Assembly (NCBI GenBank): GCA_964057225.1 | Contig: OZ059894.1 | Coordinates: 22,320,001 to 22,384,000, forward strand | Source: Auanema rhodensis | Taxonomy: Eukaryota; Animalia; Nematoda | Length of the DNA stretch: 64,000 nt | Direction: 5' to 3' | Shown here: piece after piece, positions 27,379 through 40,364 of the stretch | How positions within the stretch are numbered: the first letter of the stretch is position 1 | How the letters are laid out: each line of letters opens with the position of its first letter | The notes under the pieces: model-generated | The model's input: only the letters and a program-made list of their open reading frames with translations | The model's database searches: none | Told to the model about the DNA's origin: nothing | Program-made: the position numbers and the translations under genes

Positions 27379-30300
27379 AAGCAATGTTGAGTGTACATGG
27401 AAACTCAACATACACTAATGCATCATTTTTCAAACGATCATAACTATTTTTTGTATTAAGCGTTTCTCAATGTAGTATAGTGCATTCGATGCGGATTTTT
27501 AAGCTGCGTCGATCTGTGTTATCAGATTTGCGCTAGCTTAAAAATGCACCGAGATATCAACTGATATAAGTTCACACTTATATCCTCGATTTTCACCCTG
27601 AAGAATTAATTTTTTCGTTGAATAACATTGTCTATCGTCTTTGCCTTGAAAATTGGAATCTAAAAACATCTACTTTTTGCTAAATTATTTTGAAATTTTT
27701 CGAAAAAATTTTTGTCAAAATGTTTTTTGAAGCAATGTTGAGTGTACATGGAAACTCAACATACACTAATGCATCATTTTTCAAACGATCATAACTAATT
27801 TTTGTATCAAGCGTTTCTCAATGTAGTATAGTGCATTCGATGCGGATTTTTAAGCTGCGTCGATCTGTGTTATCAGATTTGCGCTAGCTTAAAAATGCAC
27901 CGAGATATCAACTGATATAAGTTCACACTTATATCCTCGATTTTCACCCTGAAGAATTAATTTTTTCGTTGAATAACATTGTCCATCGTCTTTGCCTTAA
28001 AAAAAGGAATCTAAAAACATCTACTTTTTGCTAAATTATTTTGAAATTTTTCGAAAAAATTTTTGTCAAAATGTTTTTGGAAGCAATGTTGAGTGTACAT
28101 GGAAACTCAACATACACTAATGCATCATTTTTCAAACGATCATAACTAATTTTTGTATTAAGCGTTTCTCAATGTAGTATAGTGCATTCGATGCGGATTT
28201 TTAAGCTGCGTCGATCTGTGTTATCAGATTTGCGCTAGCTTAAAAATGCACCGAGATATCAACTGATATAAGTTCACACTTATATCCTCGATTTTCACCC
28301 TGAAGAATTAATTTTTTCGTTGAATAACCTTGTCTATCGTCTTTGCCTTGAAAAATGGAATCTAAAAACATCTACTTTTTGCTAAATTATTTTGAAATTT
28401 TTCGAAAAAATTTTTGTCAAAATGTTTTTGGAAGCAATGTTGAGTGTACATGGAAACTCAACATACACTAATGCATCATTTTTCAAACGATCATAACTAA
28501 TTTGTGTATTAAGCGTTTCTCAATGTAGTATAGTGCATTCGATGCGGATTTTTAAGCTGCGTCGATCTGTGTTATCAGATTTGCGCTAGCTTAAAAATGC
28601 ACCGAGATATCAACTGATATAAGTTCACACTTATATCCTCGATTTTCACCCTGAAGAATTAATTTTTTCGTTGAATAACATTGTCTATCGTCTTTGCCTT
28701 GAAAATTGGAATCTAAAAACATCTACTTTTTGCTAAATTATTTTGAAATTTTTCGAAAAAATTTTTGTCAAAATGTTTTTTGAAGCAATGTTGAGTGTAC
28801 ATGGAAACTCAACATACACTAATGCATCATTTTTCAAACGAACATAACTAATTTTTGTATCAAGCGTTTCTCAATGTAGTATAGTGCATTCGATGCGGAT
28901 TTTTAAGCTGCGTCGATCTGTGTTATCAAATTTGCGCTAGCTTAAAAATGCACCGAGATATCAACTGATATAAGTTCACACTTATATCCTCGATTTTCAC
29001 CCTGAAGAATTAATTTTTTCGTTGAATAACCTTGTCCATCGTCTTTGCCTTGAAAAATGAAATCTAAAAACATCTACTTTTTGCTAAATTATTATGAAAT
29101 TCTTCGAAAAAATTTTTGTCAAAATGTTTTTGGAAGCAATGTTGAGTGTACATGGAAACTCAACATACACTAATGCATCATTTTTCAAACGATCATAACT
29201 AATTTTTGTATTAAGCGTTTCTCAATGTAGTATAGTGCATTCGATGCGGATTTTTAAGCTGCGTCGATCTGTGTTATCAGATTTGCGCTAGCTTAAAAAT
29301 GCACCGAGATATCAACTGATATAAGTTCACACTTATATCCTCGATTTTCACCCTGAAGAATTAATTTTTTCGTTGAATAACATTGTCTATCGTCTTTGCC
29401 TTGAAAATTGGAATCTAAAAACATCTACTTTTTGCTAAATTATTTTGAAATTTTTCGAAAAAATTTTTGTCAAAATGTTTTTTGAAGCAATGTTGAGTGT
29501 ACATGGAAACTCAACATACACTAATGCATCATTTTTCAAACGATCATAACTAATTTTTGTATCAAGCGTTTCTCAATGTAGTATAGTGCATTCGATGCGG
29601 ATTTTTAAGCTGCGTCGATCTGTGTTATCAGATTTGCGCTAGCTTAAAAATGCACCGAGATATCAACTGATATAAGTTCACACTTATATCCTCGATTTTC
29701 ACCCTGAAGAATTAATTTTTTCGTTGAATAACATTGTCCATCGTCTTTGCCTTAAAAAAAGGAATCTAAAAACATCTACTTTTTGCTAAATTATTTTGAA
29801 ATTTTTCGAAAAAATATTTGTCAAAATGTTTTTGGAAGCAATGTTGAGTGTACATGGAAACTCAACATACACTAATGCATCATTTTTCAAACGATCATAA
29901 CTAATTTTTGTATTAAGCGTTTCTCAATGTAGTATAGTGCATTCGATGCGGATTTTTAAGCTGCGTCGATCTGTGTTATCAGATTTGCGCTAGCTTAAAA
30001 ATGCACCGAGATATCAACTGATATAAGTTCACACTTATATCCTCGATTTTCACCCTGAAGAATTAATTTTTTCGTTGAATAACCTTGTCTATCGTCTTTG
30101 CCTTGAAAAATGGAATCTAAAAACATCTACTTTTTGCTAAATTATTTTGAAATTTTTCGAAAAAATTTTTGTCAAAATGTTTTTGGAAGCAATGTTGAGT
30201 GTACATGGAAACTCAACATACACTAATGCATCATTTTTCAAACGATCATAACTAATTTGTGTATTAAGCGTTTCTCAATGTAGTATAGTGCATTCGATGC

Positions 30301-32643
30301 GGATTTTTAAGCTGCGTCGATCTGTGTTATCAGATTTGCGCTAGCTTAAAAATGCACCGAGATATCAACTGATATAAGTTCACACTTATATCCTCGATTT
30401 TCACCCTGAAGAATTAATTTTTTCGTTGAATAACATTGTCTATCGTCTTTGCCTTGAAAATTGGAATCTAAAAACATCTACTTTTTGCTAAATTATTTTG
30501 AAATTTTTCGAAAAAATTTTTGTCAAAATGTTTTTTGAAGCAATGTTGAGTGTACATGGAAACTCAACATACACTAATGCATCATTTTTCAAACGAACAT
30601 AACTAATTTTTGTATCAAGCGTTTCTCAATGTAGTATAGTGCATTCGATGCGGATTTTTAAGCTGCGTCGATCTGTGTTATCAAATTTGCGCTAGCTTAA
30701 AAATGCACCGAGATATCAACTGATATAAGTTCACACTTATATCCTCGATTTTCACCCTGAAGAATTAATTTTTTCGTTGAATAACCTTGTCCATCGTCTT
30801 TGCCTTGAAAAATGAAATCTAAAAACATCTACTTTTTGCTAAATTATTATGAAATTCTTCGAAAAAATTTTTGTCAAAATGTTTTTGGAAGCAATGTTGA
30901 GTGTACATGGAAACTCAACATACACTAATGCATCATTTTTCAAACGATCATAACTAATTTTTGTATTAAGCGTTTCTCAATGTAGTATAGTGCATTCGAT
31001 GCGGATTTTTAAGCTGCGTCGATCTGTGTTATCAGATTTGCGCTAGCTTAAAAATGCACCGAGATATCAACTGATATAAGTTCACACTTATATCCTCGAT
31101 TTTCACCCTGAAGAATTAATTTTTTCGTTGAATAACATTGTCCATCGTCTTTGCCTTGAAAAATGGAATCTAAAAACATCTACTTTTTGCTAAATTATTT
31201 TGAAATTTTTCGAAAAAATTTTTGTCAAAATGTTTTTGGAAGCAATGTTGAGTGTACATGGAAACTCAACACACACTAATGCATCATTTTTCAAACGATC
31301 ATAACTATTTTTTGTATTAAGCGTTTCTCAATGTAGTATAGTGCATTCGATGCGGATTTTTAAGCTGCGTCGATCTGTGTTATCAGATTTGCGCTAGCTT
31401 AAAAATGCACCGAGATATCAACTGATATAAGTTTACACTTATATCCTCGATTTTCACCCTGAAGAATTAATTTTCTCGTTGAATAACATTGTCCATCGTC
31501 TTTGCCTTGAAAAAAGAAATCTAAAAACATCTACTTTTTGCTAAATTATTTTGAAATTTTTCGAAAAAATTTTTGTCAAAATGTTTTTGGAAGCAATGTT
31601 GAGTGTACATGGAAACTCAACATACACTAATGCATCATTTTTCAAACGATCATAACTAATTTTTGTATTAAGCGTTTCTCAATGTAGTATAGTGCATTCG
31701 ATGCGGATTTTTAAGCTGCGTCGATCTGTGTTATCAGATTTGCGCTAGCTTAAAAATGCACCGAGATATCAACTGATATAAGTTCACACTTATATCCTCG
31801 ATTTTCACCCTGAAGAATTAATTTTTTCGTTGAATAACATTGTCCATCGTCTTTGCCTTAAAAAAAGGAATCTAAAAACATCTACTTTTTGCTAAATTAT
31901 TTTGAAATTTTTCGAAAAAATTTTTGTCAAAATGTTTTTGGAAGCAATGTTGAGTGTACATGGAAACTCAACATACACTAATGCATCATTTTTCAAACGA
32001 TCATAACTAATTTGTGTATTAAGCGTTTCTCAATGTAGTATAGTGCATTCGATGCGGATTTTTAAGCTGCGTCGATCTGTGTTATCAGATTTGCGCTAGC
32101 TTAAAAATGCACCGAGATATCAACTGATATAAGTTCACACTTATATCCTCGATTTTCACCCTGAAGAATTAATTTTTTCGTTGAATAACATTGTCTATCG
32201 TCTTTGCTTTGAAAATTGGAATCTAAAAACATCTACTTTTTGCTAAATTATTTTGAAATTTTTCGAAAAAATTTTTGTCAAAATGTTTTTTGAAGCAATG
32301 TTGAGTGTACATGGAAACTCAACATACACTAATGCATCATTTTTCAAACGAACATAACTAATTTTTGTATCAAGCGTTTCTCAATGTAGTATAGTGCATT
32401 CGATGCGGATTTTTAAGCTGCGTCGATCTGTGTTATCAAATTTGCGCTAGCTTAAAAATGCACCGAGATATCAACTGATATAAGTTCACACTTATATCCT
32501 CGATTTTCACCCTGAAGAATTAATTTTTTCGTTGAATAACATTGTCCATCGTCTTTGCCTTAAAAACAGGAATCTAAAAACATCTACTTTTTGCTAAATT
32601 ATTATGAAATTCTTCGAAAAAATTTTTGTCAAAATGTTTTTGG
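27379..32643. repeat. 5-monomer (1755 bp) higher-order repeat: two near-identical copies plus a partly replaced third
   Basis: GAAAATTGG with TTTTTTGAAG occurs at ~27650/29405 and ~28703/30458/32213. TTATGAAATTCTT occurs at ~29094/30849/32604. Confidence 0.88.
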
Positions 32644-34749
32644 AAGCAATGTTGAGTGTACATGGAAACTCAACATACACTAATGCATCATTTTTCAAAC
32701 GATCATAACTAATTTTTGTATTAAGCGTTTCTCAATGTAGTATAGTGCATTCGATGCGGATTTTTAAGCTGCGTCGATCTGTGTTATCAGATTTGCGCTA
32801 GCTTAAAAATGCACCGAGATATCAACTGATATAAGTTCACACTTATATCCTCGATTTTCACCCTGAAGAAATAATTTTTTCGTTGAATAACATTGTCCAT
32901 CGTCTTTGCCTTGAAAAAAGGAATCTAAAAACATCTACTTTTTGCTGAATTATTTTGAAATTTTTCGAAAAAATTTTTGTCAAAATGTTTTTGGAAGCAA
33001 TGTTGAGTGTACATGGAAACTCGACATACACTAATGCATCATTTTTCAAACGAACATAACTAATTTTTGTATCAAGCGTTTCTCAATGTAGTATAGTGCA
33101 TTCGATGCGGATTTTTAAGCTGCGTCGATCTGTGTTATCAAATTTGCGCTAGCTTAAAAATGCCCCGAGATATCAACTGATATAAGTTCACACTTATATC
33201 CTCGATTTTCACCCTGAAGAATTAATTTTTTCGTTGAATAACATTGTCCATCGTCTTTGCCTTAAAAACAGGAGTCTAAAAACATCTACTTTTTGCTAAA
33301 TTATTATGAAATTTTTCGAAAAAATTTTTGTCAAAATGTTTTTGGAAGCAATGTTGAGTGTACATGGAAACTCAACATACACTAATGCATCATTTTTCAA
33401 ACGATCATAACTAATTTTTGTATTAAGCGTTTCTCAATGTAGTATAGTGCATTCGATGCGGATTTTTAAGCTGCGTTGATCTGTGTTATCAGATTTGCGC
33501 TAGCTTAAAAATGCACCGAGATATCAACTGATATAAGTTCACACTTATATCCTCGATTTTCACCCTGAAGAATTAATTTTTTCGTTGAATAACATTGTCC
33601 ATCGTCTTTGCCTTGAAAAAAGGAATCTAAAAACATCTACTTTTTGCTGAATTATTTTGAAATTTTTCGAAAAAATTTTTGTCAAAATGTTTTTGGAAGC
33701 AATGTTGAGTGTACATGGAAACTCAACATACACTAATGCATCATTTTTCAAACGATCATAACTAATTTTTGTATCAAACGTTTCTCAATGTAGTATTGTG
33801 CATTCGATGCGGATTTTTAAGCTGCGTCGATCTCTGTTATCAGATTTGCGCTAGCTTAAAAAAGCACCGAGATATCAACTGATATAAGTTCACACTTATA
33901 TCCTCGATTTTCATCCTGAAGAATTAATTTTTTCGTTGAATAACATTGTCCATCGTCTTTGCCTTGAAAAAAGGAATCTAAAAACATCTACTTTTTGCTG
34001 AATTATTTTGAAATTTTTCGAAAAAATTTTTGTCAAAATGTTTTTGGAAGCAATGTTGAGTGTACATGGAAACTCGACATACACTAATGCATCATTTTTC
34101 AAACGAACATAACTAATTTTTGTATCAAGCGTTTCTCAATGTAGTATAGTGCATTCGATGCGGATTTTTAAGCTGCGTCGATCTGTGTTATCAAATTTGC
34201 GCTAGCTTAAAAATGCACCGAGATATCAACTGATATAAGTTCACACTTATATCCTCGATTTTCACCCTGAAGAATTAATTTTTTCGTTGAATAACATTGT
34301 CCATCGTCTTTGCCTTAAAAACAGGAGTCTAAAAACATCTACTTTTTGCTAAATTATTATGAAATTTTTCGAAAAAATTTTTGTCAAAATGTTTTTGGAA
34401 GCAATGTTGAGTGTACATGGAAACTCAACATACACTAATGCATCATTTTTCAAACGATCATAACTAATTTTTGTATTAAGCGTTTCTCAATGTAGTATAG
34501 TGCATTCGATGCGGATTTTTAAGCTGCGTTGATCTGTGTTATCAGATTTGCGCTAGCTTAAAAATGCACCGAGATATCAACTGATATAAGTTCACACTTA
34601 TATCCTCGATTTTCACCCTGAAGAATTAATTTTTTCGTTGAATAACATTGTCCATCGTCTTTGCCTTGAAAAAAGGAATCTAAAAACATCTACTTTTTGC
34701 TGAATTATTTTGAAATTTTTCGAAAAAATTTTTGTCAAAATGTTTTTGG
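32644..34749. repeat. Trimer (1053 bp) duplicated in tandem
   Basis: The ACTCGAC/AACGAAC/ATCAAAT/AAACAGGAGT monomer starts at 32995 and 34048. The GCGTTGA monomer starts at 33346 and 34399. Confidence 0.85.
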
Positions 34750-37700
34750 AAGCAATGTTGAGTGTACATGGAAACTCAACATACACTAATGCATCATTTT
34801 TCAAACGATCATAACTAATTTTTGTATCAAACGTTTCTCAATGTAGTATAGTGCATTCGATGCGGACTTTTAAGCTGCGTCGATCTGTGTTATCAGATTT
34901 GCGCTAGCTTAAAAATGCACCGAGATATCAACTGATATAAGTTCACACTTATATCCTCGATTTTCACCCTGAAGAATTAATTTTTTCGTTGAATAACATT
35001 GTCCATCGTCTTTGCCTTGAAAAAAGGAATCTAAAAACATCTACTTTTTGCTGAATTATTTTGAAATTTTTCGAAAAAATTTTTGTCAAAATGTTTTTGG
35101 AAGCAATGTTGAGTGTACATGGAAACTCAACATACACTAATGCATCATTTTTCAAACGATCATAACTAATTTTTGTATTAAGCGTTTCTCAATGTAGTAT
35201 AGTGCATTCGATGCGGACTTTTAAGCTGCGTCGATCTGTGTTATCAGATTTGCGCTAGCTTAAAAATGCACCGAGATATCAACTGATATAAGTTTACACT
35301 TATATCCTCGATTTTCACCCTGAAGAATTAATTTTTTCGTTGAATAACATTGTCCATCGTCTTTGCCTTGAAAAATGGAATCTAAAAACATCTACTTTTT
35401 GCTAAATTATTTTGAAATTTTTCGAAAAAATTTTTGTCAAAATGTTTTTGGAAGCAATGTTGAGTGTACATGGAAACTCAACACACACTAATGCATCATT
35501 TTTCAAACGATCATAACTAATTTGTGTATTAAGCGTTTCTCAATGTAGTATAGTGCATTCGATGCGGATTTTTAAGCTGCGTCGATCTGTGTTATCAGAT
35601 TTGCGCTAGCTTAAAAATGCACCGAGATATCAACTGATATAAGTTCACACTTATATCCTCGATTTTCACCCTGAAGAATTAATTTTTTCGTTGAATAACA
35701 TTGTCCATCGTCTTTGCCTTAAAAAATGGAATCTGAAAACATCTACTTTTTGCTAAATTATTTTGAAATTTTTCGAAAAAATTTTTGTCAAAATGTTTTT
35801 GGAAGCAATGTTGAGTGTACATGGAAACTCAACATACACTAATGCATCATTTTTCAAACGATCATAACTAATTTGTGTATTAAGCGTTTCTCAATGTAGT
35901 ATAGTGCATTCGATGCGGATTTTTAAGCTGCGTCGATCTGTGTTATCAGATTTGCGCTAGCTTAAAAATGCACCGAGATATCAACTGATATAAGTTCACA
36001 CTTATATCCTCGATTTTCACCCTGAAGAATTAATTTTTTCGTTGAATAACATTGTCCATCGTCTTTGCCTTAAAAAAAGGAATCTAAAAACATCTACTTT
36101 TTGCTAAATTATTTTGAAATTTTTCGAAAAAATTTTTGTCAAAATGTTTTTGGAAGCAATGTTGAGTGTACATGGAAACTCAACACACACTAATGCATCA
36201 TTTTTCAAACGATCATAACTAATTTTTGTATTAAGCGTTTCTCAATGTAGTATAGTGCATTCGATGCGGATTTTTAAGCTGCGTCGATCTGTGTTATCAG
36301 ATTTGCGCTAGCTTAAAAATGCACCGAGATATCAACTGATATAAGTTTACACTTATATCCTCGATTTTCACCCTGAAGAATTAATTTTCTCGTTGAATAA
36401 CATTGTCCATCGTCTTTGCCTTGAAAAAAGAAATCTAAAAACATCTACTTTTTGCTAAATTATTTTGAAATTTTTCGAAAAAATTTTTGTCAAAATGTTT
36501 TTGAAGCAATGTTGAGTGTACATGGAAACTCAACATACACTAATGCATCATTTTTCAAACGATCATAACTAATTTTTGTATTAAGCGTTTCTCAATGTAG
36601 TATAGTGCATTCGATGCGGATTTTTAAGCTGCGTCGATCTGTGTTATCAGATTTGCGCTAGCTTAAAAATGCACCGAGATATCAACTGATATAAGTTCAC
36701 ACTTATATCCTCGATTTTCACCCTGAAGAATTAATTTTTTCGTTGAATAACATTGTCCATCGTCTTTGCCTTAAAAAAAGGAATCTAAAAACATCTACTT
36801 TTTGCTAAATTATTTTGAAATTTTTCGAAAAAATTTTTGTCAAAATGTTTTTGGAAGCAATGTTGAGTGTACATGGAAACTCAACATACACTAATGCATC
36901 ATTTTTCAAACGATCATAACTAATTTGTGTATTAAGCGTTTCTCAATGTAGTATAGTGCATTCGATGCGGATTTTTAAGCTGCGTCGATCTGTGTTATCA
37001 GATTTGCGCTAGCTTAAAAATGCACCGAGATATCAACTGATATAAGTTCACACTTATATCCTCGATTTTCACCCTGAAGAATTAATTTTTTCGTTGAATA
37101 ACATTGTCTATCGTCTTTGCTTTGAAAATTGGAATCTAAAAACATCTACTTTTTGCTAAATTATTATGAAATTCTTCGAAAAAATTTTTGTCAAAATGTT
37201 TTTGGAAGCAATGTTGAGTGTACATGGAAACTCAACATACACTAATGCATCATTTTTCAAACGATCATAACTAATTTTTGTATTAAGCGTTTCTCAATGT
37301 AGTATAGTGCATTCGATGCGGATTTTCAAGCTGCGTCGATCTGTGTTATCAGATTTGCGCTAGCTTAAAAATGCACCGAGATATCAACTGATATAAGTTC
37401 ACACTTATATCCTCGATTTTCACCCTGAAGAATTAATTTTTTCGTTGAATAACATTGTCCATCGTCTTTGCCTTGAAAAAAGGAATCTAAAAACATCTAC
37501 TTTTTGCTAAATTATTTTGAAATTTTTCGAAAAAATTTTTGTCAAAATGTTTTTGGAAGCAATGTTGAGTGTACATGGAAACTCAACATACACTAATGCA
37601 TCATTTTTCAAACGATCATAACTAATTTGTGTATTAAGCGTTTCTCAATGTAGTATAGTGCATTCGATGCGGATTTTTAAGCTGCGTCGATCTGTGTTAT

Positions 37701-40364
37701 CAGATTTGCGCTAGCTTAAAAATGCACCGAGATATCAACTGATATAAGTTCACACTTATATCCTCGATTTTCACCCTGAAGAATTAATTTTTTCGTTGAA
37801 TAACATTGTCTATCGTCTTTGCTTTGAAAATTGGAATCTAAAAACATCTACTTTTTGCTAAATTATTATGAAATTCTTCGAAAAAATTTTTGTCAAAATG
37901 TTTTTGGAAGCAATGTTGAGTGTACATGGAAACTCAACATACACTAATGCATCATTTTTCAAACGATCATAACTAATTTTTGTATTAAGCGTTTCTCAAT
38001 GTAGTATAGTGCATTCGATGCGGATTTTTAAGCTGCGTCGATCTGTGTTATCAGATTTGCGCTAGCTTAAAAATGCACCGAGATATCAACTGATATAAGT
38101 TCACACTTATATCCTCGATTTTCACCCTGAAGAATTAATTTTTTCGTTGAATAACATTGTCCATCGTCTTTGCCTTGAAAAAAGGAATCTAAAAACATCT
38201 ACTTTTTGCTGAATTATTTTGAAATTTTTCGAAAAAATTTTTGTCAAAATGTTTTTGGAAGCAATGTTGAGTGTACATGGAAACTCGACATACACTAATG
38301 CATCATTTTTCAAACGAACATAACTAATTTTTGTATCAAGCGTTTCTCAATGTAGTATAGTGCATTCGATGCGGATTTTTAAGCTGCGTCGATCTGTGTT
38401 ATCAAATTTGCGCTAGCTTAAAAATGCACCGAGATATCAACTGATATAAGTTCACACTTATATCCTCGATTTTCACCCTGAAGAATTAATTTTTTCGTTG
38501 AATAACATTGTCCATCGTCTTTGCCTTGAAAAATGGAATCTAAAAACATCTACTTTTTGCTAAATTATTTTGAAATTTTTCGAAAAAATTTTTGTCAAAA
38601 TGTTTTTGGAAGCAATGTTGAGTGTACATGGAAATTCAACACACACTAATGCATCATTTTTCAAACGATCATAACTAATTTGTGTATTAAGCGTTTCTCA
38701 ATGTAGTATAGTGCATTCGATGCGGATTTTTAAGCTGCGTCGATCTGTGTTATCAGATTTGCGCTAGCTTAAAAATGCACCGAGATATCAACTGATATAA
38801 GTTCACACTTATATCCTCGATTTTCACCCTGAAGAATTAATTTTTTCGTTGAATAACATTGTCCATCGTCTTTGCCTTAAAAAATGGAATCTGAAAACAT
38901 CTACTTTTTGCTAAATTATTTTGAAATTTTTCGAAAAAATTTTTGTCAAAATGTTTTTGGAAGCAATGTTGAGTGTACATGGAAACTCAACACACACTAA
39001 TGCATCATTTTTCAAACGATCATAACTAATTTGTGTATTAAGCGTTTCTCAATGTAGTATAGTGCATTCGATGCGGATTTTTAAGCTGCGTCGATCTGTG
39101 TTATCAGATTTGCGCTAGCTTAAAAATGCACCGAGATATCAACTGATATAAGTTCACACTTATATCCTCGATTTTCACCCTGAAGAATTAATTTTTTCGT
39201 TGAATAACATTGTCCATCGTCTTTGCCTTAAAAAAAGGAATCTAAAAACATCTACTTTTTGCTAAATTATTTTGAAATTTTTCGAAAAAATTTTTGTCAA
39301 AATGTTTTTGGAAGCAATGTTGAGTGTACATGGAAACTCAACATACACTAATGCATCATTTTTCAAACGATCATAACTAATTTTTGTATCAAACGTTTCT
39401 CAATGTAGTATAGTGCATTCGATGCGGATTTTTAAGCTGCGTCGATCTGTGTTATCAGATTTGCGCTAGCTTAAAAATGCACCGAGATATCAACTGATAT
39501 AAGTTCACACTTATATCCTCGATTTTCACCCTGAAGAATTAATTTTTTCGTTGAATAACATTGTCCATCGTCTTTGCCTTAGAAAAAGGAATCTAAAAAC
39601 ATCTACTTTTTGCTAAATTATTTTGAAATTTTTCGAAAAAATTTTTGTCAAAATGTTTTTGGAAGCAATGTTGAGTGTACATGGAAACTCAACATACACT
39701 AATGCATCATTTTTCAAACGATCATAACTAATTTTTGTATCAAACGTTTCTCAATGTAGTATAGTGCATTCGATGCGGATTTTTAAGCTGCGTCGATCTG
39801 TGTTATCAGATTTGCGCTAGCTTAAAAATGCACCGAGATATCAACTGATATAAGTTCACACTTATATCCTCGATTTTCACCCTGAAGAATTAATTTTTTC
39901 GTTGAATAACATTGTCCATCGTCTTTGCCTTGAAAAAAGGAATCTAAAAACATCTACTTTTTGCTGAATTATTTTGAAATTTTTCGAAAAAATTTTTGTC
40001 AAAATGTTTTTGGAAGCAATGTTGAGTGTACATGGAAACTCAACATACACTAATGCATCATTTTTCAAACGATCATAACTAATTTTTGTATTAAGCGTTT
40101 CTCAATGTAGTATAGTGCATTCGATGCGGATTTTTAAGCTGCGTTGATCTGTGTTATCAGATTTGCGCTAGCTTAAAAATGCACCGAGATATCAACTGAT
40201 ATAAGTTCACACTTATATCCTCGATTTTCACCCTGAAGAATTAATTTTTTCGTTGAATAACATTGTCCATCGTCTTTGCCTTGAAAAATGGAATCTAAAA
40301 ACATCTACTTTTTGCTAAATTATTTTGAAATTTTTCGAAAAAATTTTTGTCAAAATGTTTTTGG

